A stretch of 64,000 nt of DNA, taken from assembly GCA_017499595.2 (NCBI GenBank), contig CM039010.1:372001-436000 (forward strand). Reading direction: 5' to 3'. A program made the translations under genes and the position numbers. Below, piece by piece: positions 1-13,277 of the stretch (position 1 is its first letter; each line of letters opens with the position of its first letter). The stretch comes from Psilocybe cubensis. Taxonomy: Eukaryota. The notes under the pieces were generated by a model. The model searched no databases. It worked only from the letters and a program-made list of their open reading frames with translations, and was not told the origin of the DNA.

Positions 1-1349
1 TCGCGGCACTCCAGTGGTGCAGGCCTGCTGTGACACTAGTGACTACTGTGACTCGGAGAGTAACAGCAGTTCCGTAGCGGCACACGGAAAAGGTTTCGAA
101 AGGAAGCTTAGAGATCAAATAGACAGGTTAAAGTACTCTGTATTCAATGCTGGTTTTCTAGCTACTACATAGCTGTATTTATACTGTAAAGAATAAGGTG
201 TCCAAAAGAAGTAGACAAAGCAAAAGATAAAAAAGGGTTAATTGGAAGACACATAAAGGTGGAGTAAAAGTCAGTTTCAAGGAGAATAGAATGAAGGAGT
301 AGGAATATAGAATGGAGAAAATGAGCTAAAGGAGTGTGTGTATCGGGTGGACGGAACGAAGGTGAAGTCCACAGAAACAAAAGTTAAAGATAAGATAAAA
401 AAGATGATTATCGGGGTGTGGGAAACAGACCGGAACATCACATACGCCCTCCGGGTATTGTGCAACAATGCCCAACAAAATACGAGTGAAATATTGTTAA
501 ATGAGTGTGGTTTGGATTGCAATAACTGCCTGAGAGTCGTCCGCCGTAAGAATTTGAGTCAGAATGATGGAATAGGTGTGTCTCGTGGTGCGCGAGAATT
601 TAGCGCCCGTCTCGTGAAATGATGTTTGTGATGGTGAATTTCGAGTCGCGTCGCGTCGCGTTGATAAGGAGTGTGAAATCATGGTAATAATATGCATCGT
701 AAACAATACGCATGAGTAGCATTGGATGCAAATAAGAAATCGTGAATGTTGTTGTTTTGTTTGTGCGTCCTGGATGCGCAAATAATAAAGCGAGAGAATA
801 GGTAGGCGATTGCGATGTGTGATGATTGAGACAGATGAAAAGACGATACTGGTGCGATGATGAGTTGTGCAAGGATGTGGTTAATTTTGAATAATAGATG
901 GCGTGCACGAGATAACAACTTCGCGGTCGTGAATCGTGACATGAGGTGTGCGTGATAAGATGATTTAAATGATAAAGTGATTAGGAGCAATGAACGGTTC
1001 AAAAGAAGTGATAAAAGTAGTAACAAATTTAATTGAGGAATCAATTGAGAGTGAAAACTCAAAGCAACAGAAAATCATGCGAAGACGGATAAGAGAAAAT
1101 AATAGAATCATAAACGAGCAATGAAAACAATGGATAAAGGAGAGGTTTGGCGACATGCAGTGGCCCGGAGAGGTGATATTGAGATAAAAAGGAAAGAATC
1201 GACGATGGCAAACAGATGCTGGAGGAACTATTGATAAGAAATGAGTGTGATGGTTGGCCAAATGAGTCTAGCGCAACGGAGTAACCTAGTATATAAGAAC
1301 AAAATTATCAGTGAGTAAACTTGAAGGGAATTTTTATTGTTTTTAGACG

Positions 1350-2224
1350 CTCTCGCCCTCCGTTATGAGTTCTAGGCATTAAAGAGCGTCATAATAATCA
1401 TTAGAATCATTGGACATCGTGTCAAAGTCTAGCCTTCACGCTGGACGTAAACTGTGCAATGAAAGCACATTGCTAGACTGTCTTTCTTTGCGTTTTTTGG
1501 TTTTTTGCTTGGGACATCAATTAGACAAGTGTCCGGAGTTTTTGCATTGACTGCACTGCTCAATTTTAGAGCTTTTAAATTGTTGCAAGTCAGTTTCATC
1601 AAAATTTTCATTTTCAGAACTTTTAGAACTTTGTGATTCTCTTTGTTTGGACTGTTTACTGTCCGATTGACCTGAGTTTGTAGAATGCGAATTGGTATCT
1701 TGCCAGGATGACTTGCTATCTTGTCCAGATTTTGATGGGCGCCTATTCCGGCGCATTACATCTTCGGAAATCTCTATAATTTGCATTTGCCCTGCAACCT
1801 CATCCCATGATAATGAATCGGGATTTAGGCCGCTGCGCCATAATTCTTTGCGGATATAATCTGCGGCTCTATCCCAGAAGCGATTTACAAGGTCACGCTC
1901 AGTGACTGATCTGAGCATATTAAATTTCTTTGTACATAGACACTTTTTGAATATAGTAGTCATATGTCTTGTCTGTCAAGCAATAAGATAATGCCAAAAG
2001 TTTTTGCTTTTTCCTAAGTCCACTGTCTTTGAGATATACTGTACTCTCTTTGACAAATTGGAAATAGGCATGCAAGTCAGCGCGGCCATCATACGGAGCT
2101 GGTCCTTGGATATAAATGCGAATAATGGTGCTGTACCTAGGACCATTGCATTGACTTTGAGGTGATGAAGAAAGGCGGCCAGAGGATTGGTGGGAAAGAG
2201 TCTCATGGTTGTGTCTCCCACCAT
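1350..2224 (-). pseudogene. Degenerate retrotransposon gag-like ORF with CCHC zinc knuckle
   Basis: ORFs 1976-2224 and 1517-1963 are in the same frame, separated by one TGA. Reading through the next TGA gives CSQCKNSGHLSN(*)CPK, i.e. C-x2-C-x4-H-x4-C. Further in-frame stops follow. Confidence 0.65.
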
Positions 2225-2370
2225 CGTGCTACCCCTTGTCCTAACCTCGATTCTATATTCTGAATCATCTTTGGACGTCTGCTGACCTATGCTACATGGT
2301 AAGATTTTGCATTAGTTTTTGTGATTGGGCGCTAACTAGTTGGGATACAGATTTTGCCTTGATAATATGT

Positions 2371-3065
2371 ATCAAGTTCCGGCAAGTATGTACAGGTATT
2401 ATTACCCTGATACTGTCTCGTCAAGATTTCAACTTGATTTTTGGAGGTCCGCCGAGCCGTGTTGCAATGAAAGTTTGTTGATTAGTCTGGAGAGTTGGGT
2501 ACTAACTAATTGCTAATCAATTTTGGCCCGACACTGTGTATCAAGGCCGCGGAACACGATAAAGTGTTGATTTGATTTTTGGACGTCCGCAAAGCCTGGC
2601 TATATTGTAAGTTCATATATTACTCTTGGGTATTAACTATCAACCATTTGCACACAGATTTGACTCAACATTATGTCTAGAGGTTTGGAGAACTAGGAGA
2701 AGGTTATGATGTGTATTGGGTATGAACAACTAACTAATTAGCTATATATTTTGACTTAACACTACAAATCATGTTCCTGCGAGCTGGAATGTTACGTGTC
2801 AGCTTCCGGATAGCTGAGGCAGCATAAAACTGGATGATATGTATTGAGCTCCTGTGAGTGGGTGAAGACCTATCAGTTCCGTCTCACTGGGGCATAACAC
2901 AATACCATTTCCCACTTGATGCTACTATATATCAAGTTCTGGCAAGTTTGGGCCCATTTCCAACTTAAAGCTATGTATCAACTTCCGGCAAGCAAGTGAA
3001 GGATATGACACTATCTATCAAGTTTTGGTGAGAAACTTGATGCTATGTATTGAACTCCGGCAAGC
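2371..3065. repeat. Dispersed degenerate motif ATCAAGTTCCGGCAAG, at least 5 copies
   Basis: Variants at 2371, 2931, 2977, 3017 and 3049 in ORF-poor, TE-adjacent DNA. Confidence 0.5.
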
Positions 3066-3787
3066 AGGGTGAACTGGTTAGTTTTGGCCATGGTTAAGCA
3101 GGGAATATAGTTTTGACTAACCTATCTCTTTAGATTTACTCTTGACATTTGGGTTGAACAAACTAGTAAGTTGGTATTTGTGATACTGCATAAACTTTGA
3201 CTGACTTGTTTTTGTAGATTTTGTCTTGTTGCAATGCATGGTTCTTGCTGTTTGCAAAACTTTGATTGAAAAGAATGTATATTTCTCCTACTACCGTGCT
3301 ACCTACTAATTTACCCTGTGTTGGGGGCTGAACCCTGTCACACCGTTTTACTGCACTTTGGGGAGGGGAAACTTTTGAAGTTTGATGCTAGAAGAGGGTT
3401 GAAAGTTTTGAAGAAGGCTATTTTTTGTTTATATATAGATTTTGCCTTTTTGGTCTAGTTGAAACACAAGCGCTCATTCTTGTACACGCACCTTGATGTT
3501 CAGTTGGTCACAAAAGTGCATGTTCTAATGTATACGAGTATCCTAGATCAAGGGACGGATTGTTGTTCTCCACATCATATTTAATGTGTAGATTGAACTG
3601 TTCAATTGTGGAGGCAACATTGGGCGGGAAGAGTTGTCCACAGACGCTGAGGAACCAGTGCCATGAACCAGTGTAATCATACTGAAGAATATTGCAATAG
3701 ATGGTGAAGATGGCAATGCAGCACAGTATGAGGTATGTGTTTACCATTTGATCCAGTGATGGCCGGATTGCTTACAACATACTCTTG

Positions 3788-3829
3788 TGCTTATGTGAGA
3801 CTGTCCAGACGGAAAGTCTCACATAAGCA
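3788..3829. repeat. Perfect 15-bp inverted repeat (hairpin)
   Basis: TGCTTATGTGAGACT (3788-3802) and AGTCTCACATAAGCA (3815-3829) around a 12-nt loop. Confidence 0.85.
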
Positions 3830-3857
3830 ATCTGGCTGATGTGCACAATTGAATTCT

Positions 3858-4237
3858 CAGCGCATCACCCAGGTGTCACACAATACTTATCAGTGCGTCA
3901 CCTGGGTGTTACACAGCGCAACACCGGAGTGCTACACAGTGCAACACCGGAGTGCTACACAGTGCAACACCGGAGTGCTGCACAATAATTATCAGTGTGT
4001 CACCTGGGTGTTACACAGCGCAACACCGGAGTGCTACACAGTGCAACACCGGAGTGCTGCACAATAATTATCAGTGCATCACCCAGGTGTCACACAATAT
4101 TATCAGTGCGTCACCTGGGTGTTACACAGTGCAACACCGGAGTGCTGCACAATAATTATCAGTGCATCACCCAGGTGTCACACAATAATTATTAGTGCGT
4201 CACCTGGGTGTTACACGGCGCAACACCGGAGTGCACA
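3858..4237. repeat. Higher-order tandem array of 14 quasi-palindromic 23-nt monomers with AT-rich linkers
   Basis: Monomer types CAGTGCATCACCCAGGTGTCACA, CAGTGCGTCACCTGGGTGTTACA and CAGTGCAACACCGGAGTGCTRCA, with six CAATAATTAT-type linkers. Confidence 0.9.
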
Positions 4238-4491
4238 AAACATTAACTTACGTTGTGCAGATACATCTATGTAATCTACTTGATTCTTTAAAGTACAAAT
4301 GGGTTTTGCACCCAACATATACAAAGCAAATCCATAGCCACTAACAAGCTAATAAACGCCTTTAAAACTTCTCATTTCAGCGCTGTTGAAGGTATCTGCA
4401 ACGTATCCCGCCTAAGGCTCCTTCCCGGCACGTGATTCCATGGAATTCCATGGAATTCTACCATCACGTCAGTAGTGCAGATGCTCTCTAA

Positions 4492-4742
4492 AAAAGCTTT
4501 TTTGGGTCCAATTAAGCACCAAACAATGGCATTTTGCAGTAAAACATTTAAAAAGCGTGACTCCGGCATTATCCGAGGCCGCAATCAATTTTCATGCCCC
4601 GCAGGGAGAAAAAATTTCCCAATTAGGAAGGTCTAAATATCATTGTCCGCTTTTGCGGATTTGAGGCCCAAAACAATGCGGATTTGAGGGCAAAAATCGG
4701 GCAAAAAAGCGGACAGACCTCTAGGGGAGCTTCCCGGGTCCT
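4492..4742 (-). mobile_element. One terminus of a TIR DNA transposon, same family as the MITE at 17768-18228
   Basis: Ends ...GCGGACAGACCTCTAGGGGAGCTTCCCGGGTCCT. About 250 nt match the reverse complement of 17768-~18025, and similarity stops near 4490. Confidence 0.85.
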
Positions 4743-5647
4743 ATGAAAACATACCCAGGCTGTTACGGTAGGATCTCAGCTTGTCTGTCAATCGGTGGGA
4801 GGAAATGGTGGGCGATCATCAAAGCCAAGTTAGTTAAGCACTGTCTAATAGTGAATTTCTCCTGAATAAGTTCTGGCTTATTTCAAGAAGTTGGTGCTAC
4901 ACAACATCTTCTGCATCGCAAAGAGGCTTTGTTGCTGCTCTGTAGGTCACAAATATAGTGCTGTCCAGTTCTAAGTAGAGGTAGATCACGAAAGAACCTG
5001 TGCCATTTATCTCCGTTAGTCCTTCTCAGATAATACGGTTCAGCCATGGACTGAGTGCGGCTTTACTCCTGTTTGCTCACAACAATGGGTACCTTACTTT
5101 TACGCTCATTGTCAGAAGCTTTTCCACCTCCTCCTACCTTCTTTGCTGTGTATGGCAGACACTAACAATAACGGGTCACAACTCTCACATCTCACTGGAT
5201 GACACAATCTGCCGCCCTTTGCATAAAGTCATCTAAGTCCCATACTAATTTCAGAATGCGGCCTAGTTCATTAAACAAATACAAAGAACATTTTGAAAAA
5301 TTTCGGGAGGTTCTTTGGAAGAAACGTACACATATAGATATCTGCTCAGAATACGATCAACAAGCCTCTTCGTTCATCAATTTCAGGAAGATGTCTCCGG
5401 AATATCCGCTGTGATTTGTGTAGATAACTCCACAAGCACCGAGTTCAGGATCTGCAAATAGATTACTGTTTCAGGTATTGCGGGAGCAGATAATGTTGGA
5501 CAAGGTAATCACCATCTTTTGTCCGTTTGACGTCTATGCTGCCGTAGCGATTAGTGGATCGGATAAGAAGAGGGCCTGAAGATGGCGTGCTGATTCTGCT
5601 GCTCGATAACAATTCTTCCCTCAAGCACCTGCTTCACTCTCTGGGCC

Positions 5648-7183
5648 ATGTCATTTCCAGCATCACCGACAGGGGATTCACCGCTTGGAGTTCCTCACGA
5701 TGCGATTGTCGCACAGAAACAAGGACAAGCTATTTTGATCTGGACAATCGGAGCGTCAGTTACTTGGAAGTACTGTTGCATTAAACGGGAAATACTGAGA
5801 ATTTACAGGTTTTGCATTTTTGGATGGGATTACATCGTCTGTCTTCCTCGAGAATATCAATTAGTTTGGAAAAGGCCCAAAAACGTATGTTGAATCCGTT
5901 GTATACTTCTAATTCTAATTTTTAACCGCACAGTTGTCAACTGCACTGTATTTAAGTAATGCATACAATGGAATGAGATATGACACGAACTAATAGTATT
6001 ACATTTTATAGCGAATCGATATTTTGGGATAGTGCAGTAAGTTTAATGCTTGTCATTCTTATCACGAAAAACGCTGAGGCGATACTAGATTTTCTATCGT
6101 CGTATCGTTAATTTCAGGAGCATGGAGTTTGTCATCTTGCCAGCGTAAGTGTTATGGATGACTTACATTCGTTTTGAGAGCTTATCGTCGATGTTATTTT
6201 GACAGGGATATTTTTCTTTCAGCCTGTTGCAGGCTTAATATCCACCATCATTTCTCAACTCATTTTAGGAGGAAGAGTCTATGCAGTACGTAGCTGCACG
6301 TATGAGATATTCCCAGGTGAGCGTCACTGACGTGAAGGTTAGATATTCTCAAAAAGCAACACCATTGGTATACCACTTCTGACAATTCTTGTGGTCGAGG
6401 CTGTCATCTGTGCAGTCGCTATCAGCAAGATTCCGCCATCAGCACCTGTCGGACTATCTGGAACACCCCAACCTCAGTGTGGTGTTCTCATTGGACCATT
6501 TGGATGGCTGGTCACATTCTGGGTGCGTAACCTCATTGAAAGATATGTTATAGCTCACTGTCTGACATATGGACGCGCTTAGACGATGCCATTACTCTTT
6601 GATACCATTACATTTGTGTAGGTCATATGGAAGTTGCTCATACGCTTAGGTATCTTACAGATTTAATTAGGCTGACGGCGTGGCGGGCGTACGACATGTG
6701 GAAAAAAGAGTTGAATATTGGAACTCACGGGTTATTCAAGATTATTTGGCGCGATGGGCTGATTTATTTCTTTGCAATCTTCTCTATGAACACCATAAAT
6801 GTTATCATATTTTTGACCACAGCAAAACCATTGCGAGCCGTCAATCTTCCGTATGTAATTATTCAGTTTCTCATACATTGTATCAATTTTCAACCTCCGT
6901 TAAATCTAGGGCAACGCTCATTCTCCAAGTCGTTTTATCCTGTCGCCTGGTACTAAACCTCAGAGAGTCACATACTCTCTCCAGCACGGGGTCCAGTCGG
7001 GTCAAAGTGAGCGGTAGCGTGAAGCTACGCTCTGTAACTTCTCATGGGGGAATATCGTCCGGTCAAAAACGCATCCAGATGGATGAATTTAACAGAACAA
7101 CAAGCTCAAAGGATGTCCCCGACAGTGGTTATACCCCTGACGCTAAAGGCGGCCATCTGCCGGAGACATGGAGTCCTGTATAG
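5648..7183 (+). CDS. DUF6533-like multi-pass membrane protein (multi-exon), paralog 1
   Basis: MSFPASP...QKQGQAILIWTIGA; FGWDYIVCLPREYQLVWK; IIWRDGLIYFFAIFSMN; LSCRLVLNLRE. These motifs are typical of basidiomycete DUF6533 proteins. Many short GT-AG introns. Confidence 0.75.
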
Positions 7184-8093
7184 CATCCAGGCTATCGATC
7201 TGGTATTTTTCTGTGTTGGTTATACGTACGTAATTTCTGGCTCGTGCTGGATATACTATGCTGATGGCATCGAACCTTCCCCAATATTTGCTTTTTGCCT
7301 TCTATGCGAAACGTCATTTGATCCCAGTATTTTCGATGTTTTGACGCTTTGAATCGAATCCTAGAAAATTGCTTTAGTATGAAACTATGCAACGAGTCCA
7401 GAAACAGAATCGAAGGCAGGTTGACATCCTCAGAGGAGCCTCTCATGGTCGCCAGCACTCGCGCTTACTAGCCATCGGACTCGAGGAATTTACGGAATGC
7501 AATGACAGCAAGTGATAATCAAAGATCGTTATGTCGGATAAATATAAAACCCAAGTTGGATCGCTGTGAATTTAACCCGGTAATGCTCAGCTATTCAACG
7601 TCCACTGCTTGTAGGCTTAACTCCTCAAAGGCCTTGGCTGTTTTGCAGCTGTTTTTTCGGCATACCTAGCGGACTTATAACCATATCAATTATTGATAAG
7701 CGATCATCAGAGCGAATCATCATCAAAATGAAATTATAATGACTCACGGACTCACGACTCTCATGCGTTTACCGCGAGGCAAATTGTTGAGCAGATACCA
7801 AGTTACCTCTCTACGTACTCCAAGCTCAACCTTTTAAATCGTGCATCTTGTATTACTACAATACTTGCTACGTTTCTTTGAGTGTAAGCTCTATCATATT
7901 TTTTTACCATTGAAGCTCAATGATCGGCGGGTTATGTAAGCTTTTGTAATTCAAACGACTTGCCATTCTTGCCATGCGGGACCGGCAACGAACACCTTGC
8001 TTGGCACATTCACGAATCCCAGGCCTTACAAGACGCGACATTGATGTATTTTACTTCTCTGTAACCAACACCACAACGCCTTTCACAACCGGC

Positions 8094-9969
8094 ATGCCTA
8101 GCATGCGCCTCACGATCCTTCACTTGATCACTTTCTTTTCTTTCTTCACCAGCTCCTTTGCACAAACGGCGTACGCAAACGATTTCGTGGACCCTGATTA
8201 CATTTTGGCAAAAACCTACGGCAATCACACGTATCTCGCTCGGACAACCGCCGTTTCATGGGCCAAAACTCTAGCTGCGAAGGGACCTTGGTGTGAGTCG
8301 TGCTTTTCTTTCAGTTACATGAATCCAGGAAGGTGAACATTCCATAGCTGTTATAAACAAGGCTGCCACCCCGCCTTCAGGGGATAAGCATGATTTCATG
8401 AGTTGGGCGCCATAGTAAGGCGTGTCATTTTTAGTGCAGTATAAATAAGCTGAACACAAGCTCGTTACCCTTTTAGCTGGTGGCCAGACTGTTCGAATGC
8501 GGGAAATACAACCGCATTGACTCCTGAGCAAAGTGTGTAGACCATTGCGCGTCGCTTCCCCAAGTATATACTGACATGTACAATCAGTTTGGGTGACATG
8601 CACTTATGTCAATAAGGATGGACAATTCAACCCTGATGTTCGCCTTGTGAACAATGTCGGCGACTTCCAAGACTTTGCAGAGGCGTCCTTTTATAACGCG
8701 ATTGCATGGGCGATGGATGTTGACGATAAAGCTACATTTGAGGCAAACGTCGGTGAGCTCGCTGGGACTAGCAGACGCACTATGTCAAATTCTGACTCGT
8801 TTCAGTCAAATTCATCAGCGCATGGTTCCTCGATCCGGCCACGGCAATGAACCCGAACCTGAACTTTGCGCAAATGCAGCGCGGACCAACAGGGCAAGTG
8901 GGAAGTCGTACTGGAGTATTGTGAGTCCAGTTTATGTATCCTACCTTTCACCTGTATGAAATGGATATGCAGGGATCTCAAAGCCATGGCAAAAGTGGCG
9001 TCGGCAGTGTTACTTCTTCGCAAAGGGAAAAGTACCGCATGGACGGCAGATATTGACAATCAGTTCATTGAATGGTCACGGAAATATATAACGTGGCTTG
9101 AGAACTCCGACCTCGCTATCAAAGAGAGGGAGTCGAAGAAGTAATGTTCTCTCATCCGTTTTGCTTGACGTTCTATCTCATATGCTTGGATAGTAATCAT
9201 GGATCCTTCTACTACAACCAATTGGCTGCTATGAAGCTGATTGTAAATGATGCTGCTGGTGCGAAGGCAGCAACGGACGATTATTTCAAAGGGATCTACC
9301 TGGATCAGATTTCGGCGACTGGAGAACAGGTAAATTTTAACTGAATTGACCATCAAATGCTTATTAATTGTCCGGCTTAGCCGTTGGAAGCAGCGCGTAC
9401 TCGCCCGTATCACTATAGAGCCTACAACCTTGCTGCTATGATCGTGAGTCGTCTATCTAACTCTTACGTCCTGTTCATCGTTAACTATTACTTAGACCAA
9501 CGCAAGATTGGCCAAGTACGCCGATCCATCTTCGACAGTATGGAATACGACAACCACAGCGGGTGCCACAATTAAGACTGCTTTAGATTTCGCAATGACC
9601 CTTCCTGCATCAACCAGCGGCGAAACCAGCTACACTGAAGAGCTCTATCCTGACGTAGCCGCAGTTGCTTCCGTGTACGGCGACCCGGATGGAAAATATC
9701 TGGCTTTTTTGAAGAAGGGTGATCCTAAATTCATTGCTCAACCTTACATTGTGTGGAATCAACCATTCGCCGAACAAGAAACGGGTGGTCTGCCTCCTAC
9801 CAACACTGGGAAGGGCAATTCGGGTCCCTCCACTCCCAAGCCTAAAAGCGGCAGCAACTCTTCAGCTGACGCGACGAGTGACGCTATAAGTCATGTCTCC
9901 TCATCCTGGATTATTACTTTCATTACCTGCGCGTTAGCGCTGGCAGTTGGGATTTCTGGTAATTTTTGA
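8094..9969 (+). CDS. Secreted, probably GPI-anchored alginate-lyase-fold polysaccharide lyase (PL38-like)
   Basis: Signal peptide MRLTILHLITFFSFFTSSFA. Motifs KHDFMSWAP, DGQFNPD, WFLDPATAMNPNLNFAQ, NHGSFYYNQ and PLEAARTRPYHY. Ser/Thr-rich linker and hydrophobic C-terminus. Alternative ATG at 8103. Confidence 0.8.
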
Positions 9970-12573
9970 TGGCACACTAGCATCTCGCCATAATCCTGTC
10001 CTGTATGTTTTGTAACGTATGTAGACGTTTATTTCGCCATGTAATATGATCATACATACCCATTCTGTATCAAATAAATTGCCTAACAATCACAGCTTCT
10101 GGCTTCGAGTCAATGTAGACTTAAATAGTTCCATAGGCGCCCATGCACCGGAGCCCATCATTCATGCTGAGGCATTCATAATGGCGTAAAACGTTATATT
10201 TTTCCAGGCGTGTAACACTTAGCTGTTCTTGCCTACGTGCCGCTCTCCTTCACAGATATCGACCCTTTACTGGAGTTGTTTCAGAGCCATGTGGGACAAT
10301 ATTTTGAAGGAGGAATTCAAACAGAGCGCCCTTTGGCTATACGTAAGTCCCAAAGGTCCTATGCTTTTTCTCCTTGTGGTACTGCCCGGGTTTCAGTAAG
10401 CATAACGCGTCAAGAACTAAATTTCCCTCACTGTACCCAATATCAAAGCGGGAGTCGGCATCTGAAAAGAGTAATACATTCGTAGCCTAATAATTCTTTA
10501 ATAATCCTCGTATGTACATAGGAGATGTCGATCTTTGACCTTGTAACAAGGTGCTGTGGACTGCGGCGCGGCATCTCCGGTCATTGACAAAACGGCAGTA
10601 TGATCAGTATGTGTTGATCGTTAAAGCAAGGCTACAACATGGCTCTCCTTCTGTACGGGGGCCGCTTCATAAAGTTGTTTGAGTTATCGCTGAATCATAA
10701 TGTCCGCTAGGCTTAGTGGTAAAAGGTTTCTAATCCGATTCTTCAGTCAGACAGCTGACATACTAGCAATTCACTTGATTTAATGCAATAGAGAATTGAG
10801 TTCATTATACTTACGACTTTGCTCGGCAGCTGAGATACTCATGCTAATTGCATCAATACAGTAGATATTGTAGAAATTTCCGAATACAATACTCTCAAGT
10901 TGTATATCTCCCAGCGCTAAGCCCAAGGGTAAACTGGATCTGGAAGACGATAATACGCAAGTAGTATCTGACGCGACATTAACAAAATTGAAGGGGATCT
11001 TGGCGATTTGTGTGAGCTCACAGGGTTTTAAAGCGCCGAATTTTTCACCTAAGTTGCACAAAGTTGCACAATTGTGCGAAAGCGGTCTAGGCTCCCGATC
11101 TGAAGTCACCTTTGTACTCATGGAGCTTGAAGGTGAAAGTGAAGACGGCCAAAAAGGCTCAGCAGTCTGGAAGTGCCTTCACATACCATCTTTGCCAACT
11201 CAGGTCCGAACCGCGTAAAAGATGGGTATCATCGTAAATTTGTAGATCGTCTGGGATGGAAAACAAAGGATGAATGTACCAATCCAAATGGTCATGTATC
11301 TATCTATTCTTTCTTTTCGCTTGCGAGTCGCGACAATTGTTTTCTCACCCTATTTCCAATCTAATGACCCAGAGCCCTTGAAGTGTGATGATATCTAGTG
11401 AGTAATTAAGACAAATACACGCGTACCTCATAAGGCGGCCTCATTGATGACTCAATTATGTGGAGCATCCTTCATTATCATTTACTACAAGTCATCTGTT
11501 ACTTTCTAGAAATGATTCCTCTTGGATCTATTAGTAACTAATAAACAGTGAAGAGGTAGAATAAATTGTCCGTAGTTTGTGATAATCATTGACAGCATGC
11601 GAGCTCAGAACTGTCACTGCTTACTTATTGGAAAGGTTAGATAGAGTGAACAGCCCTTTAGTTTGTAAGAATCAGTAAGAAATGTGTATCGAAGAGTTAC
11701 AGGGTTTGCCAAGGTATTGCGGGACCTTTAAAGTGAGCAAAGCGGCGTTCTGTTGCCTGACATGGGAGAACAGGGACAACGACAGGAGACGATAATAAGT
11801 GATGGAACTTGGATGGAACAAACGTTGGCCTAACGGCGATAGTCGTGTTAAGTTGGTGTAAAGTCAGCAACCGTTCTTCGGTGCGGTTGGTGCCTAGTTT
11901 GTGGTCACGCGTGATGCACGGTCGGCCGGTCAAGGGCGGCAATTTTGACACTCCGACTCAGGCTCCTCGACCTTGTAACTTGTCTACAACCTCCATATTC
12001 CGCTGCACATACCTGGCTTAGAAACGATCAGTACTGTCAACTCTGCTACTGCGGTCATGAAGGCTCCGCTCGTTACGTTGATGCCACGATTGGCCAAGCC
12101 TTTTCGGAAGCATAGTCGCCTTTCGGTCATCCTGAATGTCAAGGGCTCTGGGCTTGAAGCAGCATGTGCCGGAAGTCCAGTACTTGCGAGAGACGATATG
12201 CAGATCCTTGGTTGCACGACAGAATTCGAAACCTCAATGTGACTCAATGAAATTGTGAGAGTGTTTTGTTATACGTTTTCAGTTCTTCAGTTTATATTAT
12301 CATGGTTCTCTCGCAGTCAAAATCTTCGTCAACAAAGTAATCTGGACTACTAGTCAATTCGACAGTAAATTAATACAATACAACACTTTGGTTACAACAC
12401 TTGACATTAACTTTGAAGGTTTCATCAACATAACAAAGCGAAGGAAGATGACTATCACGGACCGAAATCAATTAAGTGTTGGGGTGGGAGGAGTGGTTGG
12501 CTGGGCTTCAGTGATGCTCGGGCTTTGACTAATGAAAGAGAGCTAGGTAAGCAGGTTACCTTTGCATCAACTT

Positions 12574-13216
12574 TGCACTCACGTCCAGACGACAGTGGAT
12601 GTGCGCTCAACTAAGAACGGAGATTGGTCGATGACTGTATGATAGACCCTCTTCGCCGTCAGAACAGTCGGTTCCGCCTTGAAAATAACAAAGGTAAGTC
12701 CATGTCATATCTCAGGAAGAAGTGTTCTACTTACTGCGTAAACCGTGACAAGCGGAGTGAGAAATAGGAGGATGTGCTTAAGCTGCATGATGAAAGATGG
12801 GACGGGGCAGTAAGGGAAACAAATTGGCTAGGTCTGGGTGTTTATATTGGATTGGAACTCGGTTCTTACGATTTTGAATCGAATCTAGTTTTATCCCCTG
12901 AATCGGGATCCCGCGACGTCGGGGGGAGAACCCTTCAATGCGTCGTCCTAAAGTGGTGGTAATCCCCAGAGGATGACCTGACGATGAGATGTTCCTGGAC
13001 AGTTTAAGAGAACATGGAGATGGGGCTCGTTACTCATCATCATCAGGAGGTACGCTTTCATTTTCATACGCGTAAATGTCTCCTGAAACTTTCTCACAAA
13101 GGAACAAACCCAATTGATGAATAAAATATTGTCCGGATCCGGTTCTTTGACGTCTTGGTTCAAGGCTATAGGCGTCCGTTTTGAGGCCAAATGGGCAAGC
13201 CAGGTCTGATATAAAA
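12574..13216 (+). promoter_or_regulatory. Laccase promoter: TATA box and candidate metal-response elements
   Basis: TATAAAA at 13210-13216, ~60 nt before the ATG. TGCRCNC matches at 12574 (TGCACTC) and 12602 (TGCGCTC) could be chance. Confidence 0.4.
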
Positions 13217-13277
13217 GAGGCACTGTGTTTCGCGATTAGATTTTGGTTGTACCCTAAACCATCTCTCCAAAACTCCT

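Noticed and set aside
165-1261. Short ORFs in the purine-skewed left end
   Set aside because: Low-complexity with no recognisable domain; likely decayed TE sequence next to the gag relic.
3858-4237. CRISPR array, or coding ORFs (3849-4274) in the repeat
   Set aside because: No unique spacers, no cas genes and a eukaryotic context. The overlapping ORFs merely translate the repeat.
10705-10780. tRNA-like A-box (TAGTGGTAAA)
   Set aside because: No T-loop GTTCRA or acceptor stem can be formed.
10100-13200. Several 60-113 aa ORFs upstream of the laccase
   Set aside because: No motifs or coherent exon chain; treated as intergenic/promoter DNA.
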